From assembly GCA_028534125.1 (NCBI GenBank), contig CM052817.1:69132001-69196000 (forward strand): a DNA stretch of 64,000 bases, written 5' to 3'. The notes under the pieces are model-generated. The model saw only the letters and a list, made by a program, of their open reading frames with translations. It was not told where the DNA came from and made no database searches. Below are positions 51,901 through 64,000 of the stretch, piece by piece. The first letter of the stretch is position 1, and every line of letters starts with the position of its first letter. The translations under genes were made by a program, and so were the position numbers. This DNA is from Lama glama (taxonomy: Eukaryota).

Positions 51901-54900
51901 AGTGAAGAGTTGAGTGAGAGACTTGAGTGTTCCCTGAAGAAAGGGGAAGACTGTAGCTCCTTCTAACATTCCAGAATCAGAGAATCATGAGACATGGAAC
52001 TTACGATAACGCAGCACAGTCCTATCACGTTCAGGTAAAGAAATAAAATGTTTTAAACATCAAACCTGTACTCATTCACTTTACGTTTCTAGTCAGTTAA
52101 TCTTAAGCACGTGACGCCTAGTTTTCCCAGGGTGTGAAAGTCCTGCTGTGCAGTTTGGTGAGGCAAATCCAAGCTATGGGCAGACTGTGAGTACTGTCTC
52201 TTGCAGATTAACAGCCAAGCCTCAGTTTCCACAAATACACAATGAGTATAATAACAACTGCTATTCTACCTACTACACCATTGAGTGGTCAAATGAGGTA
52301 AAATGTTATACTTAAAGTACACTGTAAACATTATAAAAGTGTTATCGTTCTCACTGAGTTACATAAAATCTCTAAAAAAGATTCATCAACCTGCTTGATG
52401 AAAAGTTGTCTCCTCTCCAATTAGCCAAAGTCACCACTGTGCCAGCAAAAATTTCACAGACACAAGACTTAGACGGTAAGCTGTTACCTAAAAGTCCTAG
52501 GACTACGCATATGAATTTTGAAGTTTCAGGTTGTTTTGTTTGTTGATTCATTTTGTCTGACCTAAGAGTAGTAGCATCATTTTCTTGTATTTTCTATCTG
52601 GATTACCTAAAAGTGTATTTTTAGCACAGGGAAGTAAGGGAGGAGAAGGGATGACTGCTGTAACTACATTTTAATCAAGGCAAGATACATTCTTTAATAT
52701 GCCACTCCATTATTTTAAATGACAGCCTAAATCAGATTTGAGAAATGCTTATTTTTATGTGACCAAAAAAAGTAGGTCTTTGGCGGTTTATGGTATAGAG
52801 AAGCCACCATCAGTGTTAGACAGCCATGTCTTTAGAGACTGGAATGGAAGCACTTCTGGACAATGTGGAAAGATTTCCCCATTTTGGAATATGACCCCAT
52901 AAGTTCTTAATTTATAACACTGCTTTGTTTCCATTGGAGAACATTGGGAAATTGCACAGTGAGGCAACTTTACTTCCAATGGAGCTTCTTAGTGAAAATA
53001 TTTTTATTCATAAATCAAATACTAATGAACAAGAGACAGTGTGCTAGATTTTGATGTTAATTATCTCTTAAAATAACAACTTACTGGAAATGTAATGGAT
53101 TTTATTTTCTCTTTTAATGTTATACTCCCTCAAACTGAAGGCTGAGTGGCTTTTTTTTGGTCCTCTTTCTTATCCATATTTCCTACCCATTTTTCTTAAG
53201 TCAGAGACATCAGGTTTCTCTATAACTGAAACTCTTTGAAAGCCAATGTAAGGTGAACACATTTTTAAAATAGACTCATTGCTGGCTCCACTTACTCTAC
53301 CAGAGCATGACATCTGGGGAGGTTTTATAGGACTGGCAAAGGAACTATCACACCAGTGTCTATGAGATAACTGTTTTCCCTCCAATGGAATCACACCCAA
53401 TAGGTGTCAACACACAGCCCATGAATTCACCACCACTCATCTTTTCACTCCTAACAGTACAACAGAAGAAGCAAATTGTTACTTTTTTCCTATAAAGCTC
53501 AACAAATAGCTGACATACCATGGAAAACTTTGGTGGGATTGCATCTAAACCTAGATGTGCCAAATGGTTTTATTTACCATAATCAGAAATACAAAGAAAG
53601 CAAATGAAAAACACTGCTTGGTAGTAAGCTGCTATTAACTACTGAATATTGATAAAAAGAGAAATCCTACATTAAGTTGCAACATAGCCTAGTGAACAGT
53701 TAGCTGAATATTATCCCTCTGGGGGAGCCCTCTCCATGTCCTCCTCCTGCACTCCAACCCCAGAAACAGAACTCCCACCCCGGCTCCCAGTAACACTCAT
53801 TTCCCTCTATTGCAGCGTTTATCACCCTCTACTATGGTTATTTAGAAGTTTCCCTTAGAGCAGGCATGGTGTTTAGCTCATCCCTCTGTTCGAGTTCACA
53901 ACACAGTGTCTGGTACATAGAAGAGGATCAATGAATAATTATTGAACACAGGAATTCCAACTTCAGAGATAATTTAATCTAGTGAGTAAGAATGTAGTCT
54001 AGTTTTGTTAAGATGATAATTTACTAGCATTTTAAAAAAGAACAAGAATGCGTCACAAAATTTAGCTGACCACTTCTATTGAAGTAAAAGAACTGAGGAT
54101 TCAGAACTGTCTTGCAAAACTTTGCAATTTCTATGATCCAGGATAGAAATGACTGATGAAATGATAATGCATATTTAAAAGATACATTAGAGATATAAGT
54201 TATATATAGAGTATATTACAGCGTCCTTGGAATGGACTGTTTCACTTTTATCTTTGTTGAGAGCTTTTCTTAACAAAATACTTATTATTCCCAGGCTCAA
54301 GTATGAATACTAATCACAATCCTTTTAAAAGGATCAATCAAAAATAGATACAAACCTGAGATCTATGAGAATATGCCTGGATTACACACTACTTAAACTT
54401 TACAAGATTTGCACCTGTAGTCAAGTAACAAGGGAGATATTGTTACTCTTAATCTCCCATTTATGTTATACCTCCCCCAAACCACACATATTAACTGAGA
54501 AAAAAAAAGTCCTACTGTACTGAATGCATGGTAGGCATTGTGAATGAAGTCTAAATTCATGGATGCATGCCTAGCATCATTTTTAAAGGATGTAGTTGGG
54601 TAAAACTTTAATTAAGCAAGGAAGGCAAAAATTATGCACTTGAACACAGCTGCTTCTCATTTTTAGTATCCAGTTCAACCAATTACCCTCCTGCCTAATA
54701 GACTCGATTTTCCCATGTTCACCCCATCCCTTAAATAAGACAAAATGAACCAGAGAGGTTATTATTAAAAATTCAAGAGATTAAAAAAAATGACATCAAA
54801 TCCAAACATGTGCTTACATTTCTTTTCCTTATAGTTGATCTTATCAAGCAGACAATATTTTGGAAAGCCAAAAAACATGCCCAATTACTCCATCTGACTT

Positions 54901-56974
54901 TCTAAAATCACAAAATGTCTAAAACAAGATTTTATTTGCCTGGGTGGAAAAATATTCCAAACATATAAAAGGATTTTCCCAGTGGATAGGACTTATCCAC
55001 ATCACGAAAGTTCACTATATTAAGCTGCCTTTTGTGAGCACCGTATTGCCTCCCCAAAGCTTATATTCTTGACTGAGCTCACTGTTCTTTCTCAGGGAGT
55101 CTAGAAAATTGGTCTTCCATACCATTAAGCGATAGTCGGCTTACAGTGCCCAACAGTACTCAACTCAGAGAAACTACCCCGTTCCCTTTCGTGTAAATAT
55201 CTTCAGTTATGTGAAAAGTCTACTTGATTCTTTATGCCTATTTTCCAGAAGTTTCTTAAGAGGATACAAAGATTAAGTGAGACCTAGACCCACAATTTGT
55301 GAAGCTCCCATAAGTAACTTCATTCTGAACAGAATGGTCAGGATGTAATGGGAATTTCAGAAAAACTTTTAAAATATGGAATATGTTTAATAAGGAATAA
55401 CACAAAATATGAGCAAATGCATAACAATAATAGCCTGTAAAAGTGAAGACTATTGAAAAGGTTACTGTTGGCAGAAGCTCACTCCTCTTTCACGCACTCA
55501 TTGATTTAACAGATATTCTTGCCCTTTGTGAAACCAATTTGCCCTTCCTACCAGAGTGTATACTTAACTAAGCTCATGAACAATGAAGCTCAATTTTTAA
55601 AATTTGCCTTCTCAGTTTGCCCCAGATGTCATCGATTTATTAAACAATTTGTTCCCTGTCATAAAAACTGAACTGAGGGGATGAAAACTTAGACAAAAAA
55701 GATGAAACTAATCATGCATAGAAAGAAGAACTTGCATGTCTAGAGATTCACTGTAAATTCATAGACAGTGATTTATGTCTTAATAAATGGTCAACTAGCC
55801 TTAAGACACCACTCGAAGTGTCAGGATGTTTCATATTAGCATTCATATTGTTATAAAATATGCAAACTTTTCTTCACATTAGTTATAAATTATAATTAGA
55901 AAAATACTTATAATTAAATTATCTTTTTCTATTGAGTCTTAATAGTAATGTTTAATTAAACTATAAAGGAACAATGAAGTGGACAGGTTTATATTTTTCC
56001 TATTTTCTTCTGTCCTATTGGTTTGTTAATTCTATTGTCATACGCTTGCTCTACCTGAGGAAAATGGCTTAATAATACAGTCATTGATATTTATTATTCA
56101 TTATAAGTATGCATATTTGGGGGACCCAAGCATCTGATTTTTCCTTTTTATCAAATTTTTCTCTTTTGCCAAGGTAATATGTGAAGAGGTTAATTCCATT
56201 TAAATAATTCATCTATTTGTTAGAAGCTTACTATTTTGATATAGGAGGAGGTTTGTATTAATATTAAATACTAAGTTTGTCTTGATACTGTGAATCCTCA
56301 TGCCATCTTACCTCCTCTTTCTCTGGAAAATCAAGAGTTGGCTAAATTTCTGTGTGTTCTAAAAATAGTAATCCTAACTTCATTAAATCTTACAGAAAAA
56401 AATAGTGTTTTGACCCTTTTGAAAAGTTGGTACATGCTGTGGGTTGCCTCTTTTGCAAAATTTTAGAGTTGAAAAATATTTAATATTTAGTTATAGTAGC
56501 CATTATTTTAACAGCATGTTAATTTTCCTAAATTTTTAATCTTATTAAAACTTCTAAGACCTTGACATTTTCACAACAAAACAGTTCTAGAATTCCAGCA
56601 GAGTCAAACAACCATACAATAGTAAATTTTAAAATGTTTTAACCTTTTAAAGAAATTTCAAACTCAACATTTGCAACCACCAACAGCTTGTACTTAAAAA
56701 AAATCTGGTAATAGTTAACAGTCAGACTTTCTTTGTAAGCATGAGTTTTCTCTTTCTTGTGCTTCTGACATTAACAATTAAGCTTCAATAATTTATAAAT
56801 TAGACAGACAATAATATACTCCTTACAAAAATGTATGGAAATTTAAAATATTTCATGCCTTTTCCTACTGAAAAAAAAAAAGAAGTCTCACATAATCCTG
56901 CCCTTCCAAATTTACCACAAAACTCAAGTCAAATACAAAGAAACCAGTGTTGTTATAGAGAACAATAGTTAAAA

Positions 56975-57165
56975 GACCATGATGGACTTGGCTCCATCCC
57001 TTGTAAAACTGTGTGCCTTGAGACAAGTTACTTCACCTCTCTGTGCATCTGTAAAATCTTACCTCATGGAGTTTTTCTGAGAATGAGGTGATGTGTCATA
57101 TTTAAAGTATGTAGAACAATGTCTGACTTAATAATTGCTGTGTTTAGCTACTACTGTTATTATTC
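56975..57165 (+). mobile_element. MIR SINE
   Basis: 'ctgtgtgccttgagacaagttacttcacctctctgtgcatctgtaaaat'. Confidence 0.75.
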
Positions 57166-57907
57166 TTGTCATCAGGACAAAGCTTGAGAAATTAAATCCA
57201 TAGATAATCTCTAAATCTCAGTTAGACAAACCATCTTTTTTTTTTCTTTTCTCATCAAACAGTGGACCAGTTCTTCCCAAAAGTCTCTGAACTTTGTTGG
57301 AAAAACATGACATCTTTATTTTCACTAACTTCTAACTCCATGTCCTTCAATTGTGACTGTACCTGATGGATCACAGTGGTGTTAGCAGTATCTGTGACTT
57401 TGTCAACAATAGAAATCATAGATCTCTTCATATCACATTACAGTTATTTCTAGATCTCAAAATACTGTTTCCACTCATCACCATTTAAAAATTATGGTAC
57501 CTATTAAACCTACAGCTAGGTCTTATTATTTAATATATAAATCAACACATATATTATTACATCACAAATTTGGTTAATCGTATTTCAATATAAATAGTGT
57601 TCCTTTCAGTTCTACTATTTTATTTAAACACTGTCTGAAAAGGTTCCCTAATTTTCACCAAACTGCCAAAGGAGTCTTGTGTACTTGACCTACTGATTAA
57701 GTACACGGATGGATAGAGGGAGCTTTATTTACTCTCCTCTTTCTGATTCCTGGATGAAAGTACCAATATTCAGCAAAATGACTAAAGCATGAACAACTGA
57801 AAGAAGAAAGGATAATTACCACAAGTACCAGCAGTTTAAATTAAGAGTATGAACTGAATTGCCAGCAAGGGGCAGACAAGAAAGCTAGAGATCAATCAGC
57901 AACTTGG

Positions 57908-58393
57908 TGCTATGATTGCTTGTTTTATGTTGTCAGCGTTGGTAGGCTAATGTACTGAGTTATTTAATCAAACACTGAACTTTCTGGATGCTGCTGTGCA
58001 GGTATGTTGTAGATTATGTGGTTAACACCTACAATCAGTTGACTTTAAGTAAGGGAGACTATCCTTGGTAACGTGGCAGGGCCTCATCCGATCAGTTGAA
58101 AGGCCTTAAGAGCAAAACCTGAGATTTCCCAGAGAAGAAATCCTGCCAGAAAACTGCAAGGTTTCATGAGTTTCCAGCCACACATTTCTGACCTTCCAGT
58201 CCCACAGTCATGTGAGTCAGTTTCCTTTAAAATATAGATAGGTAGATAGGATAGATTAAGTAGGTAGGTAGGTAGGTAGAGAGAAGCAGATATAGATATG
58301 CAGACATACAGATCTATATATCTACCTATATTTACAAATATATTATGGGTCTCTCTTATTGGTTCTGTTTCTTTGGAAAACCCTGACTAAAAC
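57908..58393 (+). mobile_element. ERVL LTR (MLT2D-like) with internal TAGG/TAGA low-complexity tract
   Basis: 'aatcagttgactttaagtaagggagactatcc...atcagttgaaaggccttaagagcaaaa' and end 'ttggttctgtttctttggaaaaccctgactaa'. Confidence 0.85.
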
Positions 58394-59789
58394 TATATCA
58401 CTCAACCTACTTGATTTCAAATAGAATAAAAGTAACAGAAGAACTTTTTTTCCTTCCACATTTTTCTTATATTTAAGTCCTATTTCCTTTATGTCTTATA
58501 AATTTTGTTTCTTGACATTTAAATACCACTAAGGAAGCAATTTTCAAAACAAAATAGAACTATACCTTTGTTTTGTCAATATCCAGATAATTAAAACTTC
58601 TTTCTTATTTCTTGGAATAGCTAATATCAGCCATTGTGTCAAAACTTCGGCGACATAACTTTTTGTGAGCCTAATGAGTTATTTCTAAGTTTGGCAGGAA
58701 TAGGTTTCCCAAGAATGTCACAGTCAAGAGTTATATAGGTCTTCTCAATTAGAAGGCAATAAAAACTGTTTGGAGCATCTCACCAAAAATAAAATCTAAT
58801 ACATGTAACCTACTTGACTTGTTTTTAATTGTTTATATAATTCTTTCCATTCTCTTTCAAAAAATATTAATACCACAGAGAAGTTGTTGAAGTCCAGTGA
58901 AGAATCCAGTGATACATACAGTAATTTAGGATTTAAAATAATTTTGGAAAATGTAAAGGCTTTTAAGTGCATAGTTTCAAATGAACTTAGGTTTAGATGT
59001 TTGTAATAAGTCATAGATACTTTATACTGTAAGGTTGTTGGTATTATGAGATAAAGACCAAGCAGTAATTTAACATGATAATTTGCCAACAAAAAAAAAC
59101 TGGCTATCACACTGTCTCTAGTAAAAGTTGCCTTTTGTGACATAATATCAGACTCTGAGTTTAAAGAAAAGCATGCAATCCATTCATTTTTATCATACAC
59201 TTTTCACATAATGGAATTTATATGGAAATATACATTATAGGCCAAAATTTATATAGCATTACTCTCAACTCCAGTCACAAATTCTGCACCTGAGTACCAA
59301 CAATTAATTTCCTGGGAGGGTCTTCTCATTAGTAGCTAACTCTCCACCCCTTCTAAATTTTCAACCATTCCAATTTTCCCAAGAATGTATTGTGTTTTTT
59401 ATTTAAATCTCATCTGTTAATGGAAGTAAATGAAATGTCTTGACCATTGTTCACAAATAGTCATATCTGAAAAAGCATATTGTAAGCCTCTGCTTTCTTT
59501 CTTTAAACAATATGCATTTTAATGAAGAGCCTGGAAGTCGTAATTCTCCGGAGGCTGTCTCAGAACTACCAGGCTTTTCAGCTGCAAGTTTCCGGTTAAT
59601 AATAGATTTCAAGTAGAAGAAAGGTCACAATAAGACACTGTCTTCAAAGAATTACCTTCATTTCATTAGTGTAGTCTATTTGTATATTAGAAAAGAACAC
59701 TTTTTTTTTAATTGCAAAGGAGGACTGCTTTATGGAAGCTTTACAATAACTGATAAGGACAAGAATTGATGACAATGAATTTTCTCAGT

Positions 59790-60130
59790 GGATTCATTCA
59801 TTCAAATAATAAATATTGGGCCCTTATCAGGGACTGTGGGAGGCTCTGGCTTCAAGTGGTGGACAAACAGTGTTTGCTCTCATGGAGCTGGCTGCTTGAT
59901 GGAGTAGAGATTAACCAATTACTAGGATCAACTTAGATAAGTGAATGCGGCAAGGTGCGGTAGGACACAGCAAAAGAACCTCATCCAGAGAAAGCTTTTC
60001 CAAACAAGTGACATTTGAGCTGAGAGCTGACGGGTACCCAGGAGTTATCTAGCTGAAGGGAGAACCAGGCTGAAGAAAAGTTCCAGAAAGTGGAAACGGT
60101 TTGTGTGAAATCCCTGTTGCAGGAGATTTT
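59790..60130 (-). mobile_element. L2 LINE 3' fragment
   Basis: 'attcattcattcaaataataaatattgg...ctcatggagct...gtgacatttgagctgagagctga'. Confidence 0.7.
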
Positions 60131-61090
60131 GTTACATACCTTGAACACAATGCTTGGCACTTAATAAAGTTGATAAATACATGTTGAAAGAAAGGAGGAG
60201 GGAGGAAAGAGAGAGGGAAGGAAACCTCAGAGAGAGAGACATAGTGGAGGTACAAGATTTGGAGATACCTAAGTCAAATAGAGTCCCCATCCATGGCTGA
60301 GGAGCCTCAACTTTTTCTGGACTCATTTTGGTTGCTTTTGTCATTTTTACAGACGGGGGTTAACAAAACCTTAACAGTTAAGCAACTTGCTAAAAGTCAC
60401 CCAACCATATCAGCCCTTCCTCTAGCACAGTAGCACACACACAAATCATTTTCTTTTCTCTCTCCACTGAGGAGGTCTTGATTGTGATTAAGATTTAAAG
60501 CAGGTGTCTACATGATGGGACGATGCTTCATAGTCTTAACATTATTGCAAATATTACATTTACTTTTAATTAAAGTTGCTGTGAAACACAGCGTGCCCAA
60601 GAGACAGTGGAAATACATGTAATGCATAAAATGGGCTGCATAGTGAGATCACTGAGTCTTCATTTTCCATATGGCTTTTAGGGCAGTTTGGCTTTGAATG
60701 TGTTGGCAAGATTCCTGAGCTCTTGTCACACATGGGGTTTACAGAAAATTGAAGAGCTGGCTCTGGTTGTAGTTCCTTCAGGTTAAGAGGAAAGGAGTAT
60801 TATAGACTCCCCCACCGAAGAGAAGACAAAAAGACACTCCCTCAAGATATACGGTCCTATTCTTCCTCCCATTCGCACATTGCCAATGTGAATTTCGCAG
60901 AAGCGTGACTGGTCAACTTAGAGACACTCCCAGAGTAAAACAGAAGTACTCAAGAAGAAATTTTAGCCTTTGACCTAAAACAAATCCCAGTTCCTTTCTG
61001 GAATTAGGTTGAGTGCTAGGTTCCTGGAGGATGAGGCTGATTTATGCTTTTTGTTCTTCTTTTTTCTTAAGTTAAGGAATCAATTACCAC

Positions 61091-61563
61091 TGTGAACGAA
61101 AACCATTTCAGTAAACAAAGAATGCTGAAGCCATCAAGTCATCAGCGGCTGCCACCACCCCCAGTGAAGACAAGCCTGCAGCCCAGCCTCTGCAGCCACT
61201 CACAAGGGTGCACTCTGAGGGGACTCAGGATAAGAACGGACAGGATACTGGCCCTAGATAGCTAGATGCTCGTCAAAGGAATGAATTCAAAGAGCCCAAA
61301 TGTTTCCTTCCTCCCGTTTATAGAAAAGTGCTAAGTTCTTTAACTTGAGATGTCTGGTTTTCTTTAGATAACATGTAATCTTTTAATGTTCCAACTACCT
61401 GGTCTTTGTTGTAAAGCTCCTATATATCCTAGCTCCTCCCCTACCTCTTCGCAATCCCCCAGAGCAATCTGAGAGGCTGTCATCCTGGGCTGGGTCCTCA
61501 GAATGGTCCACCGAATAAAACGTTACTCTCAACTTTTAGGCTGTGCATTTATTTCAGTCAACA
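61091..61563 (+). mobile_element. ERV1-type solo LTR (cetartiodactyl-like family)
   Basis: TG...CA termini, TATA-like 'cctatatat' near 61420, AATAAA at 61514-61519, flanks ccac/tcac (4-bp TSD, 1 mismatch). Confidence 0.85.
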
Positions 61564-62464
61564 TCACAAAGAAGCAGTTTCATGATCTTTGCTGAAAACT
61601 GAAGCCTGGCTTCCCTCACTTTGCCTTTGCTCAAACCATTAGGCTCCGGTTTGGGATGCCTCTTCCCCACCTTATCTCCCAGAGCCATCCCACATGCTCC
61701 CACTTCTCCTTCTCCAGGACAGTTTTCCTGGGCTCCCCTGCTTCCAGGACCTACTCTCTCCGTAGTGCTAAGGCCTCTTCTGTCCCTCATCTATCTGCTC
61801 CCATGTCTCCTAGCTCTCTCCCCAGATATACAACCCCCTGCTGACTCCAGAATTACAACCCCCCAAAAGCTTTATTCTGAAAATCAATTACATAACTTGG
61901 ACCAACTGTAATGTTTAAATGGGGGATGGGACAGAGGGTGGGGCAGGGAGGGGAGGACAGTTTAAAAAAAAAAGAGGGATGTATTTTCCTTCTGATACAC
62001 TCTCAGTCTTTCTGGGGACTTTTGGTCCCTAGCAATAGAAATTTTGAAAGTTTTTGATGAAGTTTGATTGCTTGCTTTAAGTGTGAGATACAGTCTATCA
62101 CTTTCTGAACTAAAGAATACAGGGGAGAGAAAAAAACTTGGAACTTACTGGTGGTAGTAAAGGAAAAGGCCAACCAAAGGAAGCCACAGAGTCCTCAAGA
62201 GCACAGAAGTACCCCCAGGAGTTTAAACTGGTCAGAAATCCCCTCCACCCACATCATTCCAATCCTCCTCTCAAATCCACTATGTGGAGCCCCCACCCCA
62301 GAGGCATGAAGACCTGGAGAACTTCCTATTTCTACTCCAGAGCTGGACGCAGAAGGAAGGAGGGAGATGCCTAACATGGTGTCAGGGATACTGAGTTGGA
62401 TAGAACTTTATGGAAACCCAACCGCTGTCATTTTTTCCTCAGAGCATGTGTTTTTTGAGTTTGA

Positions 62465-62870
62465 GTCACACTTTAGCGTGCTTGAGCCGGGTGGCTGGGG
62501 TTTGAATCCCAGTTCTAACCACTTTTGAGATGCATGACCTTCAACAGTGTATTTAACTTCAATTTTCATATTATGAAATAGGGACAGTATTGCTACCTAC
62601 TTCATAGGGCTATTGTGAGGACTGAGTGAGTTAATCGTGTAGAGAAATGAGAACATTGTCCGGCACTATATGGGACTGTTGAGAGTATAAATAAACATTT
62701 TAGAAGCTGTATGAATACTACAGGCATGCAACTGTAGTCCGTTTAGAAAAGAGTAATAGTCATCTATGTTTGCCATTATCATTGTAAATATCCGGTGAGA
62801 CAATGTATGTAAGATTCTCAGAAAAGTGCTTGGCACAGAGCAAGTACTCAACAGTAGCTGTTACTATCAC
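62465..62870 (+). mobile_element. MIR SINE pieces
   Basis: 'ggtttgaatcccagttctaaccact...tacctacttcatagggctattgtgaggactgagtgagttaat' and 'tggcacagagcaagtactcaac'. Confidence 0.75.
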
Positions 62871-64000
62871 CATTCCTATCATCATCATCGGCGGTGGCAG
62901 GGATTATCATCACAGCTCCACCTCTTTTACCCATGGCATCCATCAAGAGTATCTCAACTGGCAGTCCCTCTTGCTATTACAGAACCAAATGACTGACTCA
63001 ACAAATATTCACTGCTTTTGGTCAAAACTCAAGCTTATTTTTATTGCTCTGGTCTAGTTTTTCAACTGCTATATCTGCAGAGGGCCTAATGAACCCACAG
63101 AATGTTAGGACTGGCAAAACTGGCAATGCTGATCATCATCAGAAAAATGTTTCAATTCAGACGGAGCAGTTCCAAAATTGCAAGCCAACCCCAAATACCA
63201 CATGGCTACCTTGTACCTAAGGCAGGGGAAACTGGTGGCCACAATTTACATCGGACAGTGTTTCTGCTATAAAATCTTGCTGTAAAATGCAATGGACCAC
63301 CTCTCTTTTGAGAAGGACCAGAAAGGTAAAATTTCTGAAATGTTTACCCAACTATTTGGAAACAGGAAAAAAAAAAAGAATTAAATAACTGTTGTTATAT
63401 TTCAAACTTTTAAAATACCCAGTTAGGTTTTGTTTTGTTTTGCTTTGCTTTACAGAAGTAAACATTTGTTTGGGTGGCCATTTTCGAATCTGTTCTAGCA
63501 CTGACTTTTGTCACAGCGTGCAAACATTTTCTGGCTTTGTGTTTTCTCTGAGTAAACATACAGAGAATGTGATTTTCCATATGTACCCTGTCATTTGCAT
63601 TGCTTTGGGGGATTTGATTAGTTTGAGATACACAAGATCCCTGAGCCAGGATAAACCCCGCCACTAACTTTCTAAGTGATATTGAGCTATTCCCTCTAGA
63701 CATGCAAATTCTTTGTATTACAGGTTTATCTCTTCAAAAGAAAGAAAACACGATGTTTCTCCTCATGCTTTCTATATTACTAAAGCAATAGTAGGTGTAA
63801 ATTCAATTTAATATATTTCAAAAATAATCATTAAATAACTTATATCTGTACTTGGCTTAGTGCTGGAGGAGCCAAGGACCAGAAGATGAGTGGCGCACAC
63901 TGATGAGACAGAGCGGAGAAACCCTTGCTCTCAAGATCATTAAAACCAAAGACATGTACTGTACACAACTACCTATAATGTAGGCCAGACCACATAAATG

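Larger units (their letters stand above)
28562..64000 (-). other. DKK2: DKK2 intron 1 (partial; exon 1 outside window)
   Basis: No signal-peptide exon (MAALMRSKDSS...) and no promoter-type CpG island seen in the window; DKK2 intron 1 is known to be very large. Confidence 0.85.

Noticed and set aside
58796..59200. 134-aa minus-strand ORF and other 60-125 aa ORFs in intron 1
   Set aside because: Composition typical of AT-rich non-coding DNA; no domain or splice support.

Overview
Mammalian genomic DNA. The young repeats suggest a cetartiodactyl, probably a camelid; this is inferred from L1 3' ends and from seeing no Alu, Bov-tA or PRE-1 SINEs. The only gene I can support is DKK2 (Dickkopf-2, a secreted Wnt/LRP5/6 modulator) on the minus strand. 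Exon 2 (28561-28411), exon 3 (27275-27120) and the coding part of exon 4 (19858-19608) are intact with GT-AG boundaries, followed by a 3'UTR of about 2 kb. Exon 1 lies beyond the right edge, so 28562-64000 is intron 1 and 1 to about 17600 is downstream intergenic DNA. The rest is repeats (L1, L2, MIR, MaLR/ERVL/ERV1 LTRs, hAT and Tigger MITEs). Nearly all other ORFs in the track are repeat-derived or chance. I found no convincing new gene system. The most unusual structures are: (i) a ~6.9 kb L1-bracketed composite block in DKK2 intron 3 whose middle is non-L1 DNA with ancient repeats; (ii) an inverted insertion at 10674-10882 stitched from two nearby donors; (iii) a ~130 bp twin-primed L1; (iv) three L1 copies truncated at almost the same position; (v) two related solo LTRs 362 bp apart; (vi) a CpG-rich patch within an ancient L2. 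Repeat family names come from recalled consensus sequences, not a database search.
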